Shown: positions 6,077-13,712 of the stretch, in pieces | Numbering within the stretch: the first letter of the stretch is position 1 | Layout of the letters: each line of letters starts with the position of its first letter | DNA from: an uncultured virus (IMG/VR IMGVR_UViG_3300012017_001157) | Lineage: Duplodnaviria; Heunggongvirae; Uroviricota; Caudoviricetes | Length of the DNA stretch: 20,000 nucleotides | Direction: 5' to 3' (one strand) | Virus record (IMG/VR): IMGVR_UViG_3300012017_001157 | Span: 53,043 to 73,042 of that record | Notes under the pieces: generated by a model | The model's database searches: none | What the model was told of the DNA's origin: nothing | The model's input: only the letters and a program-made list of their open reading frames with translations | Made by a program: the position numbers and the translations under genes

Positions 6077-8224
6077 CTATCGCTTTCGCTCTTTGGCCTC
6101 AACTGACCTCATCACCTTATTCGACCAGGCCTTTCCCGGATCACCGCCCCAAAGAGCCCAGGCAATTCTTCCAGCAGATGGGAATCCCTTTTGGCCAGGA
6201 GCCCAGCCTTCGCCCTTCTTGTCGACTTCGTGACGTGCAAGGTATGCGCGCATCTTTCTCACTCTTGCAATTGTCATCTTGTTTCCCGTGAGCATTCTTG
6301 CGGTTACTTGACCAGGTCCAATTCCGCCTCTGCCAAACTCTTTTCGCCAATCAAGCCCACGTCGCGCTTCTGCCTTTACTCCGGCAGGAACATTAAGGTT
6401 GATTGTGTCGGCCTTTTCAACTTCAATATCTCCAAGGTTTGGAATTGCTGCGCCAGCAGCCTTGTAGGATGAATCGGCTGATGGGTCGTAATAGGAAACG
6501 ATTGCTGCGCCAGCCCGAATGATCTCGCTGACCTTCTGTCTCTTGAAGTAATCAATTGCACTTGTCGGGAAGCTGCTTTCATAAACCTCGGCGTCAAATC
6601 CCGCTTCGGCAAGCTGACTTCTAACAAAATCAACTTGTCCCTTTGTCGAGGTGATTGCAACCACCGAAGAACCGCCCTCAACAAATCCATCTATTGCGTC
6701 AATGATGTGTGAAGGGCACTCGTCACTGAGCAACGCCTCTGCGTCAACGAGAACAACGCTCTTCTTAGACGGTTGCTGATTTGGATTCATTTCAGGATTC
6801 GGCTTAGACTCAAGTTGGTCTTTGCCCTGATCTGGCTCTTGGCTCCCTGCCCCGTTGTTTCCGGCCCCGCCATCCGGGACGTCTCCACCAGGTGTTGGCT
6901 CCTGTTCTGGCGCGTCGGGATCGCCAACCTTACCCTTAAGGTAGAGCTCGTAATATCTCATTGGCATATACCCAAGCGGGCTTGGCATCCATACTTCATC
7001 GCCCATCAGCCCAACGCCTTCCTGCCCGCGCTCCTTGAGCGCGTCATTGAGTCGAAGCCATGGAAGTCCGGCAAGTGCTGCCTTGTAGTAGTCAGCAACT
7101 GTCTGCGCAGACTCGCGACCAACATCAGTGTAGACAAATCGCAAGCCCTTGTCATAAAGCCAAACAACTTCTCTAGTGATGTAGTCCGCAATAAGTTCGC
7201 AAAGCGGAGCAATGCCGTTGTCGGCAGTGAACGCCGCGCCGTACTCTGACGAACTCTTGTTCACGTCAAAGTTTAGCCCGATGTCTTGCGCCTGAACGCC
7301 GAAGACTGCGCAGATCTTGCGTGCAAGATAGATCTGCCACTCCATGAACTGCATGTCTCGGTTTGACTGCGCCATAGGAATCCACTTGACCCCCTTGCCG
7401 CCACCGGTGATCGCGGTCTGGCTCTTGCCTGCGATTTCGCCTTCCCAATAGTTCTTGAAGGCATCAACCTGATCAGGGCGAACGCCTTCGCCAAGATCAA
7501 TAATTCCCGGTGGGGTCGCCTGCTCAACAATGTTGTTGTTGTACTTAGCCGCCCGAAGGTCCGCCTCAATGGTCTCAGCAAGAACCTCTAGCGGTGAGAG
7601 GCCGAGCGGGGAATACGTCACTCGGTTTCCCACAATGACAATCATCTCTTCGTTCAGGTACTCGGCAATGATCTTTCCGGTCTCGTCGTATTCAAAGTAT
7701 CGCGGCTTCTTTAGGTTTGTTCCGTCCCAGTCCGGGTCGAAAGCGATTCTTGCACCATCTTTTGGCCAAAGGTTCTTAACCGGTCTTCCGCTTCTTCCCG
7801 CCCGCGCCCCGACAGTATGTTCTTTCTCAATGCAGCCCTGATCCAGGACAAGAATATCCTCAACGATTGGCTCGATGAATGACCTCCACGAATCAAGACG
7901 CGTATTTGGATCTCGCAAAAGATCCTTAATCGTCTTTACGTTTGCTTCGTTGACTTCACCGTTGCCATCAATGCTGACAATGTCCCACTTTGCGCGGCTG
8001 ATCTGCTGCCTGCGAAGATTAATTGCAGATCTAATCCATGGGTTTGTTCGGGACCACTTGCGAAGCTGATTAACTGAACGCTTCTGCACAGTACCCTTGC
8101 CAGCGCCTCGCGCGTAAGGCTGCGAGTCGTAATTTGGAATAAGGATTGCATCCTTTATTGCTTGAACATCAGCTTCTGCTTGCGTGCTTTCAACTTGGCG
8201 CTTTACGCGCTCCCACGGCATCAT
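6077..8224 (-). CDS. Phage portal protein (HK97-like) with C-terminal HAD-like and Trp/Gly-rich accessory domains
   Basis: Portal motifs GLSPLE, PPGII, DMQFMEW...ICAVFGV...IG, GIAPL...I and LRLNDAL...G. About 280 aa of C-terminal extension. Start ATG 8224 via TAATG overlap. Confidence 0.9.
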   Translation of the reverse strand: MMPWERVKRQVESTQAEADVQAIKDAILIPNYDSQPYARGAGKGTVQKRSVNQLRKWSRTNPWIRSAINLRRQQISRAKWDIVSIDGNGEVNEANVKTIKDLLRDPNTRLDSWRSFIEPIVEDILVLDQGCIEKEHTVGARAGRSGRPVKNLWPKDGARIAFDPDWDGTNLKKPRYFEYDETGKIIAEYLNEEMIVIVGNRVTYSPLGLSPLEVLAETIEADLRAAKYNNNIVEQATPPGIIDLGEGVRPDQVDAFKNYWEGEIAGKSQTAITGGGKGVKWIPMAQSNRDMQFMEWQIYLARKICAVFGVQAQDIGLNFDVNKSSSEYGAAFTADNGIAPLCELIADYITREVVWLYDKGLRFVYTDVGRESAQTVADYYKAALAGLPWLRLNDALKERGQEGVGLMGDEVWMPSPLGYMPMRYYELYLKGKVGDPDAPEQEPTPGGDVPDGGAGNNGAGSQEPDQGKDQLESKPNPEMNPNQQPSKKSVVLVDAEALLSDECPSHIIDAIDGFVEGGSSVVAITSTKGQVDFVRSQLAEAGFDAEVYESSFPTSAIDYFKRQKVSEIIRAGAAIVSYYDPSADSSYKAAGAAIPNLGDIEVEKADTINLNVPAGVKAEARRGLDWRKEFGRGGIGPGQVTARMLTGNKMTIARVRKMRAYLARHEVDKKGEGWAPGQKGFPSAGRIAWALWGGDPGKAWSNKVMRSVEAKERKR

Positions 8225-8463
8225 TACCACGAGTCTTGCTCCTTCGGCTTTCTTGTTCTCCAGGACCTTATCGCATTAGAAACAGCCATGCCATCAAGGT
8301 CCTTGTTGACAATCTGTCTAGCTTCTGTGTAATTAAAAGGTATAAGTCGCACTCCGTCAACTATACCAACTCCTTTAAATGAAGGAAGCCTTCCCCACCA
8401 TTTTGGCACAACGAACTTGCCGTCTTCAAACTGCAGCTCGATGCTCTCGCTAATGTCAAGCAC
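8224..8463 (-). CDS. Hypothetical protein (79 aa)
   Basis: Coupled at both ends (TAGTG upstream, TAATG downstream). Confidence 0.7.
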   Translation of the reverse strand: MLDISESIELQFEDGKFVVPKWWGRLPSFKGVGIVDGVRLIPFNYTEARQIVNKDLDGMAVSNAIRSWRTRKPKEQDSW

Positions 8464-8984
8464 TACTTTTCGCCTTCCTCGTCGCCTTCGGACTCATTGT
8501 TTGAGCCAATCGCAACCATGGCCATCTCGAGCCCTGCATAATCTTCCATATCAAATGGGTTTTCCTTTCGGAAAGTTTCCCAGAAGCCATCGTACTCCTT
8601 GTCGTTAACATGTTCCAGCCTTGTGAGTTCTTCTTCGACATGGCGCTGGTATTTGATCTGCTGGGGAACGCTTCGTTTAACCCTTGAAAGCACCTTGTGG
8701 CACTGCTTACAAACGGAGTATCTTTTTTGACCCTTTGCTCTGGGGACCATTGGCTCTGGAATAAGGTCTTGCTCCATATGGTCCTCACCGACCATTATTG
8801 TGCATAGGGCGCACCTTGGATGCGCCCGATGTATCTCCTCGTATCTTCTCATGACTGGCGCCAGGGTCTTCTGGATGCGCCGTATAGCCAGCACGATATC
8901 GAGAATACCGCCCTCAGCGTCGTTTAGCTCTAAGCACAACCGGCACTTGACTGCCGTATCTTCACACATGCGGCAATTATACAT
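8463..8984 (-). CDS. Hypothetical protein with four CxxC motifs
   Basis: CRMC, CRLC, CALC and CKQC, with an acidic tail. First gene of the leftward portal operon. Confidence 0.7.
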   Translation of the reverse strand: MYNCRMCEDTAVKCRLCLELNDAEGGILDIVLAIRRIQKTLAPVMRRYEEIHRAHPRCALCTIMVGEDHMEQDLIPEPMVPRAKGQKRYSVCKQCHKVLSRVKRSVPQQIKYQRHVEEELTRLEHVNDKEYDGFWETFRKENPFDMEDYAGLEMAMVAIGSNNESEGDEEGEK

Positions 8985-9165
8985 AGACCGTAAATACTAG
9001 TCATTGACACGCTATGGTAGATTCATGTAGGAAGCAAAGGTCTTGCAATAATGAATATAAGAGGGGATGATTCGGTGGTGCTTATACGGGACTATCTGCT
9101 GACACCGATGTCTAACAGGGGTTCCGATCGGCCTGTCGACGGCCATAAGAATTGGGGGTCTGATC
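8985..9165. promoter_or_regulatory. Divergent promoter region between the portal operon and the protease-capsid operon
   Basis: About 180 nt non-coding gap, AT-rich in its left half, between divergent genes. Contains TTGACA (9005-9010), extended -10-like TGgTAGATT (9015-9023) and TTGCAA (9043-9048). Exact promoters are not resolved. Confidence 0.5.
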
Positions 9166-10767
9166 TTGGACTTTAAAATTTACACCAACGCCCTGAAGGC
9201 CTATGAGTCTGAAAATGGCGAGCGATATGTAACCGGAACAACTTCTTCAACAATTCGGGACCTGCATGGCGATGAGATGTCGCTGGATGCCCTGAAGACA
9301 ATGGCTGAAACAGCCAGACAGAATATGACGGTGTTCCTCAATCATAATTACAATGTCCCAGAGGACCTTTTTGGCTCCGCCACGGATGCCCAGATTGTTA
9401 GACGATATGACAGCGAAACAAACGAAGAGGTTTATGACCTCGATCTCAATATTCGGGTGGTAAACGAAGACGAAAACCCAGAGGCGCTTCGCGCTTATCG
9501 CGCAATCAAGCGCGGGGTTAAGCTTGGTCTCTCCATTGGAGCCCGCGTTGAAAAGGCGCGTCGCAAGGCTGCCGAAGGAGACAGGCCCGAGTCAATCCTT
9601 ATTGAGAAGGTTCGCCTACTTGAGGCGAGCGTTGTTGGCATTCCTGCCAACCAGAGATCCTACCTGCAGAACGCAGTAAAGAGCCTCCGCTCTGGTAGCG
9701 TCGATATTAACGAGCTTGAGGGCGTGATCGAAGAAGAGAAGCCAGAGACAGAAGTAACCTCTAAGGCAGAGGCTGGCTCCGTCATTGCTGGGGACTGGGT
9801 TCTCTGGTCAAATGAGGACGGCGAGACAATGTGCGGCGCTGTTGAGTACGTTATGACCGAAGGCACCCTTGGTGCTGAAGGTTCAGAGTATTCAATTGAA
9901 GCCACACCAGAAGATCCAGCAGCTCTTGTTCGCATTTATGAGGGCGAAGAGGGGAACTGGGAAGCAACCGAGATGCTCGTTGGCCAAAAGGTCAGCGCTC
10001 TCACCAAAATTAATCCGCTCCCTATGGCGGAAGAAGACGAGGAGACAGAAATGTCAGAGACCGAGAAGGATCTCTTCGCTGGGGAGGTCGTTGAGACCGC
10101 CGCTGGGGACGAGACCAATGATCTAGAGAAGAAGACCCGCGTGACCGTTACGGTCAGCACGGATTCTGAAGAGAAGCAGCCAGCTGCCGCATCTGTTGCT
10201 CCCTCCGCTCCGGATGCGGCAGCCGCGGACTCAGAGGAGAAGCTTGATGAAATCAAGGCTTCTGCCGAAGATGTGGCCGATGGCGAAGTTACTGAGAAGG
10301 TAGAGGACGAGAAGGAAGTCGTTGAGGAGGAGCCTGTCGACGCCAATGTCGAGGCCCTGCAAGAGCTCGGCGCTGAGCTCGTTACCGGCGACGCTGAAAA
10401 GTCCATTGCCGATGAATCATCCGTACAGCCCGAAGTGGCCGAGGCGGTTGTTATTAGTGTCGAGACCGAGGCCTCTTCCTTTGAGGAAGTGGAGTCGATC
10501 GCGAAGTCAGCTCTCGATGCAGCCAATGCTGCTCAGGAGGAGGTTACCGCCCTCGCGGCAAAAGTGACCGAGCTCCTTGAGTCGAAGGCCAAGGTCGAAG
10601 AAGATCTTGCGAAAGCGCTCGATCTTATTGATCGCATTAGCGATCTTGGGATCGGTCGAAAGTTCGTCGACAGGAATTCACAGAAGGTCAACGTCAAGGC
10701 CGCAGAGCGCGCGCCTTGGTTGAGCCCATATGTTCAGCGCGTCCTTGAGGCGCAAGACGAGGAGTAA
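9166..10767 (+). CDS. HK97-type prohead protease fused to a beta-barrel insert and an acidic scaffold-like region
   Basis: RDLHGDEM, FLNHN (His), GLSIG (Ser) and LLEASVVGIPAN. Long Glu/Ala-rich C-terminus ending in a coiled-coil-like segment. TTG start. Confidence 0.9.
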   Translation: MDFKIYTNALKAYESENGERYVTGTTSSTIRDLHGDEMSLDALKTMAETARQNMTVFLNHNYNVPEDLFGSATDAQIVRRYDSETNEEVYDLDLNIRVVNEDENPEALRAYRAIKRGVKLGLSIGARVEKARRKAAEGDRPESILIEKVRLLEASVVGIPANQRSYLQNAVKSLRSGSVDINELEGVIEEEKPETEVTSKAEAGSVIAGDWVLWSNEDGETMCGAVEYVMTEGTLGAEGSEYSIEATPEDPAALVRIYEGEEGNWEATEMLVGQKVSALTKINPLPMAEEDEETEMSETEKDLFAGEVVETAAGDETNDLEKKTRVTVTVSTDSEEKQPAAASVAPSAPDAAAADSEEKLDEIKASAEDVADGEVTEKVEDEKEVVEEEPVDANVEALQELGAELVTGDAEKSIADESSVQPEVAEAVVISVETEASSFEEVESIAKSALDAANAAQEEVTALAAKVTELLESKAKVEEDLAKALDLIDRISDLGIGRKFVDRNSQKVNVKAAERAPWLSPYVQRVLEAQDEE

Positions 10768-10769
10768 AA

Positions 10770-12005
10770 ATGTCTGAAGTACGAGAGAAGTTGGATGACG
10801 TCGCGAAGGGCCTAGAGTCCCTCAACGGCGCTCCGATCGGCCGAGATCTCGATGTCGAGAAGAAGTCCGATTTTGATCCTGCTGAGGCCTATGCCGTTCA
10901 GCGCGAACTTCGCAAGAAGTTCTCGAAGATGAGCGCATCGGAACTCAACGAGATGCTTGATGTTCAGGCCTCGCGAGAAGTTGGGAAGCAGGCTGATGCC
11001 GGTGTCCTTAACCAGCTTGCGTTGTCGAACCCACAGATTGCAAAGGCACTTGACAGCAGCGGTGGTTCGGCGCTTATCCGCCAGGACCTCGAGCCAATCC
11101 TTTACAGCCTGTTCGTTAAGAAGTTCCCATTCTTTGACCGCATCCGCAAGGAGCCTGCAAACGGCCTCGTGCACGCGTTCAATCAGCAGACCGCTTACGG
11201 TGATGCAGTCTTCCAGACGGAGACCGGCACTGTAACCGACGATAACTCGACGTATGCTCGCCAGACGACCAATGTGGCCGTTCTTGCGACCCGCCGTGGT
11301 ATCACGCTTAAGAATCAGTTCGCGCTTGGTCAGGGCGGCTCGCCGTTCAATGGCCTTTCGCAGGAGCTTGGCAGCGGCGTAACCGCCATTGCGCACAAGC
11401 TTCAGAAGACCCTGTTCCAGGGCAACGCAACCGTTACGACAGCTGCTGGCGCGGCAACCGAGCTTGGTGCTTATGACGCCAACTCGTTTGACGGGCTTCG
11501 CAAGCTTCTTGGTACGGCTGCTTCAGCTGGCAACGAGATTGTTGGGAAGGGCACGGCTTCGTACCTTTCAACCATCAATACCGCTGTCGCTGGCGTCCTG
11601 GACAACGGTGGCGCTCCGTCGGCCGTCATCTGCACCCCAACCGACTACGCAGGCCTTGTGAATGAGCTTACAAACCTCGTTCGTTACAATGCGCCTTCGC
11701 AGACGGAGCAGGCTGCTGGTGCAACCTTCGGTTCCGTCGTGACGGCTGCTGGCTCACTGCCAATCCTTGCCGTTCCTGGCGATGCCATTGGTCAGTACGC
11801 AATTTCCGGAACCGACTACCGCGATATGTACGTGGTAGACGAGGCCGGTTGGTCAATGCCATACCTTGGCTCTGACTCAATCACGACGCTCGAGATTCCG
11901 ATCGGCGTGAACGGTGCCCTTACGCGCCTCTACATCATGTATGTGATGTTCGGGTTTGCAAACAAGGCTCCACAGTTCCAGGCGAAGGTTCGCGTTACGG
12001 TCTAA
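10770..12005 (+). CDS. Major capsid protein
   Basis: 411 aa directly after the protease/scaffold gene, GAGGAG SD. SALIRQDLE...FPFFDRIRKEPA...H and FDGLRKL resemble HK97-fold capsid proteins. The N-terminal ~90 aa are helical and probably a cleaved propeptide. Confidence 0.88.
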   Translation: MSEVREKLDDVAKGLESLNGAPIGRDLDVEKKSDFDPAEAYAVQRELRKKFSKMSASELNEMLDVQASREVGKQADAGVLNQLALSNPQIAKALDSSGGSALIRQDLEPILYSLFVKKFPFFDRIRKEPANGLVHAFNQQTAYGDAVFQTETGTVTDDNSTYARQTTNVAVLATRRGITLKNQFALGQGGSPFNGLSQELGSGVTAIAHKLQKTLFQGNATVTTAAGAATELGAYDANSFDGLRKLLGTAASAGNEIVGKGTASYLSTINTAVAGVLDNGGAPSAVICTPTDYAGLVNELTNLVRYNAPSQTEQAAGATFGSVVTAAGSLPILAVPGDAIGQYAISGTDYRDMYVVDEAGWSMPYLGSDSITTLEIPIGVNGALTRLYIMYVMFGFANKAPQFQAKVRVTV

Positions 12006-12023
12006 TCCGTAAGTATTGCAACT

Positions 12024-12052
12024 GGGGCCCCAGGATTAATTCCTGGGGCCCC
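12024..12052 (+). promoter_or_regulatory. GC-rich stem-loop after the capsid gene
   Basis: GGGGCCCCAGGA-TTAAT-TCCTGGGGCCCC, a perfect 12-bp stem with no U-tract. Confidence 0.6.
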
Positions 12053-12071
12053 GGAAGCGAAGGAGCAATAA

Positions 12072-12392
12072 ATGTTTGACGATGTTAAGAAGGAAACACC
12101 AACGGTTGATGTAAATGCAGTTGCCAAGAAGGCCGTAACCGCAGCTAAGGCTGCGGTTTCAGACGACGAGGTAGTTCGCGTACGAAACCACAGCGGTCTT
12201 TCTTCGCTTGTTTTTGGAGACGGCACCGTCGCCCGTTTCCACGAGGGTGTTGCGCGCATTAAGGCTAAGTACCTAGTCCAGGCTGTTGCCCAGGGCTGCA
12301 CGGTCGAGACTGATGCACCGGCAGCTCCGAAGCAGGAGCTTTCGGCCGCCCAAAAGGCCGAGCTTGAAAAGGTTTTCGGCAAGTCCGAGTAA
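12072..12392 (+). CDS. Hypothetical virion-associated protein (106 aa)
   Basis: AAGGAG SD, Ala/Lys-rich, in the position between the capsid and connector genes. Confidence 0.75.
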   Translation: MFDDVKKETPTVDVNAVAKKAVTAAKAAVSDDEVVRVRNHSGLSSLVFGDGTVARFHEGVARIKAKYLVQAVAQGCTVETDAPAAPKQELSAAQKAELEKVFGKSE

Positions 12393-12404
12393 TCAATCTA
12401 GCTT

Positions 12405-12454
12405 CAATGGGGCTCGCAGACACTTTTTTAGTGCAATGCGGGCCCCATTGTTTT
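12405..12454 (+). terminator. Probable intrinsic terminator
   Basis: CAATGGGGCTCGCA...TGCGGGCCCCATTG forms a 14-bp stem (one G-U on +) with an inner CAC/GTG stem, followed by TTTT. Confidence 0.6.
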
Positions 12455-12465
12455 AGGATGTGAAA

Positions 12466-13380
12466 ATGATAAGAGTGAACGTATCTGTCCCGAATCCAGC
12501 TACCGCAGCCGCAACATATACAGGGATTCAAATCGGTAAGGCCGCGTCCCAGGCCGACGCAAGCGCCCAGACCGGAACGTTTTCCAATCTTGGTACCGTA
12601 ATAACGCTTGACGCCAAGATCGGTACGTACTCATATTCGGACAGCGATTCACCTTATGGCTACTGGTACGTATGGCGACTGACTGGGAGCTCGAACAACG
12701 GCGCCTGGTCAAGTCCGTATCAGGGCGTTGACACTGGCTATGTGACGGTTGCTGAGCTCCGAGAATACGAGCTTGGAGCACTCTCCCTGCCAGATGGAAG
12801 CGACTCGAGCGACAACAGGCTTGAAAAGCTGGTTGGCGTCGCCTCCAGGATGGTTGACGGATACTGCGGGTTCTCATTCAGATACAAGACCACAGTTGAG
12901 CAGCACAAGTGGAACCAGGAGACAAGAAGGGTGTTTCCGTACTCCAGGCCAATCATTACCGTCAATTCATTTGAGGTATTTGTTAGCAATCAGCAAAAGG
13001 CCACTTTCAACCTTTCAGACCTGTTCATAAACACAAGTCAAAACTATGTTGAAGTGACAAGCCTGGCGAACGTAACCTACTCCCTATTCCCGGCAATTGT
13101 TGCTCTTGGGCTTATCGATCCGGTAGCCAAGATCAACTATACCCACGGATACACCGTGACGCCTCAGGAGATCAAAGACGCGACTGCGCTGATCGCCATA
13201 GACCTCGCCTCAAGGGACGCGCTCTATCAGACCGGAATGGGCCAATTGACAAGGCTTACGGTTGGCGACACAACAATGGAAAGGCTTCCGCAGGTTGCCC
13301 CAGGGAAGCAGTCTGCACTGGCAATACCACCAACGGCTGCAGCAATCCTTGATCAGTATATTGCGGTGTCTATTCGATGA
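12466..13380 (+). CDS. Head-tail connector (adaptor) protein with extra N-terminal beta domain
   Basis: YVTVAELREY...LEKLVGVASRMVDGYCG...INYTHGY..TPQEIKDATALIA...ILDQY, an HK97 gp6 / SPP1 gp15-like pattern. Start ATG 12466 or GTG 12460. Confidence 0.8.
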   Translation: MIRVNVSVPNPATAAATYTGIQIGKAASQADASAQTGTFSNLGTVITLDAKIGTYSYSDSDSPYGYWYVWRLTGSSNNGAWSSPYQGVDTGYVTVAELREYELGALSLPDGSDSSDNRLEKLVGVASRMVDGYCGFSFRYKTTVEQHKWNQETRRVFPYSRPIITVNSFEVFVSNQQKATFNLSDLFINTSQNYVEVTSLANVTYSLFPAIVALGLIDPVAKINYTHGYTVTPQEIKDATALIAIDLASRDALYQTGMGQLTRLTVGDTTMERLPQVAPGKQSALAIPPTAAAILDQYIAVSIR

Positions 13381-13712
13381 TCCCAGGGGCGATGACAACC
13401 GTCACCCTCAAGCGCAAGGGCATGACGACACAAGACGAAACAGGCACACCAGTAACCACAGATGAAATCATCTGGGTAAAGAAGTGCCACTACCAATCGC
13501 TTCGAGAAGACGGGAGCAGGGAGCACGCCAACCCAACCGGGCCAGCATCTAGGCAGGTTTATCGCTTCTGGACACCGTACCTCGAGGGCAGGGATCGCCC
13601 TAGGCTGAACGACAGACTGGTGGCGGACTCCTACGAGTTTCGCGTCATCGCGATTGACTTCGAGGCAGTCCGCCACCATCTTCTTGTTCGCGCAGAGAGG
13701 GTCGAGCGTTAA
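13377..13712 (+). CDS. Head-closure (stopper) protein, SPP1 gp16-like
   Basis: 111 aa, beta-rich (TVTLKR...DETG...W...DRLV...YEFRVIAID...HL). ATGA-coupled to the connector gene. Confidence 0.7.
   Translation: MIPGAMTTVTLKRKGMTTQDETGTPVTTDEIIWVKKCHYQSLREDGSREHANPTGPASRQVYRFWTPYLEGRDRPRLNDRLVADSYEFRVIAIDFEAVRHHLLVRAERVER

Noticed and set aside
8985..13712. Possible invertible segment explaining the + strand block
   Set aside because: No inverted repeats were seen at the boundaries, there is no recombinase in the window, and the right junction is an overlapping stop pair.
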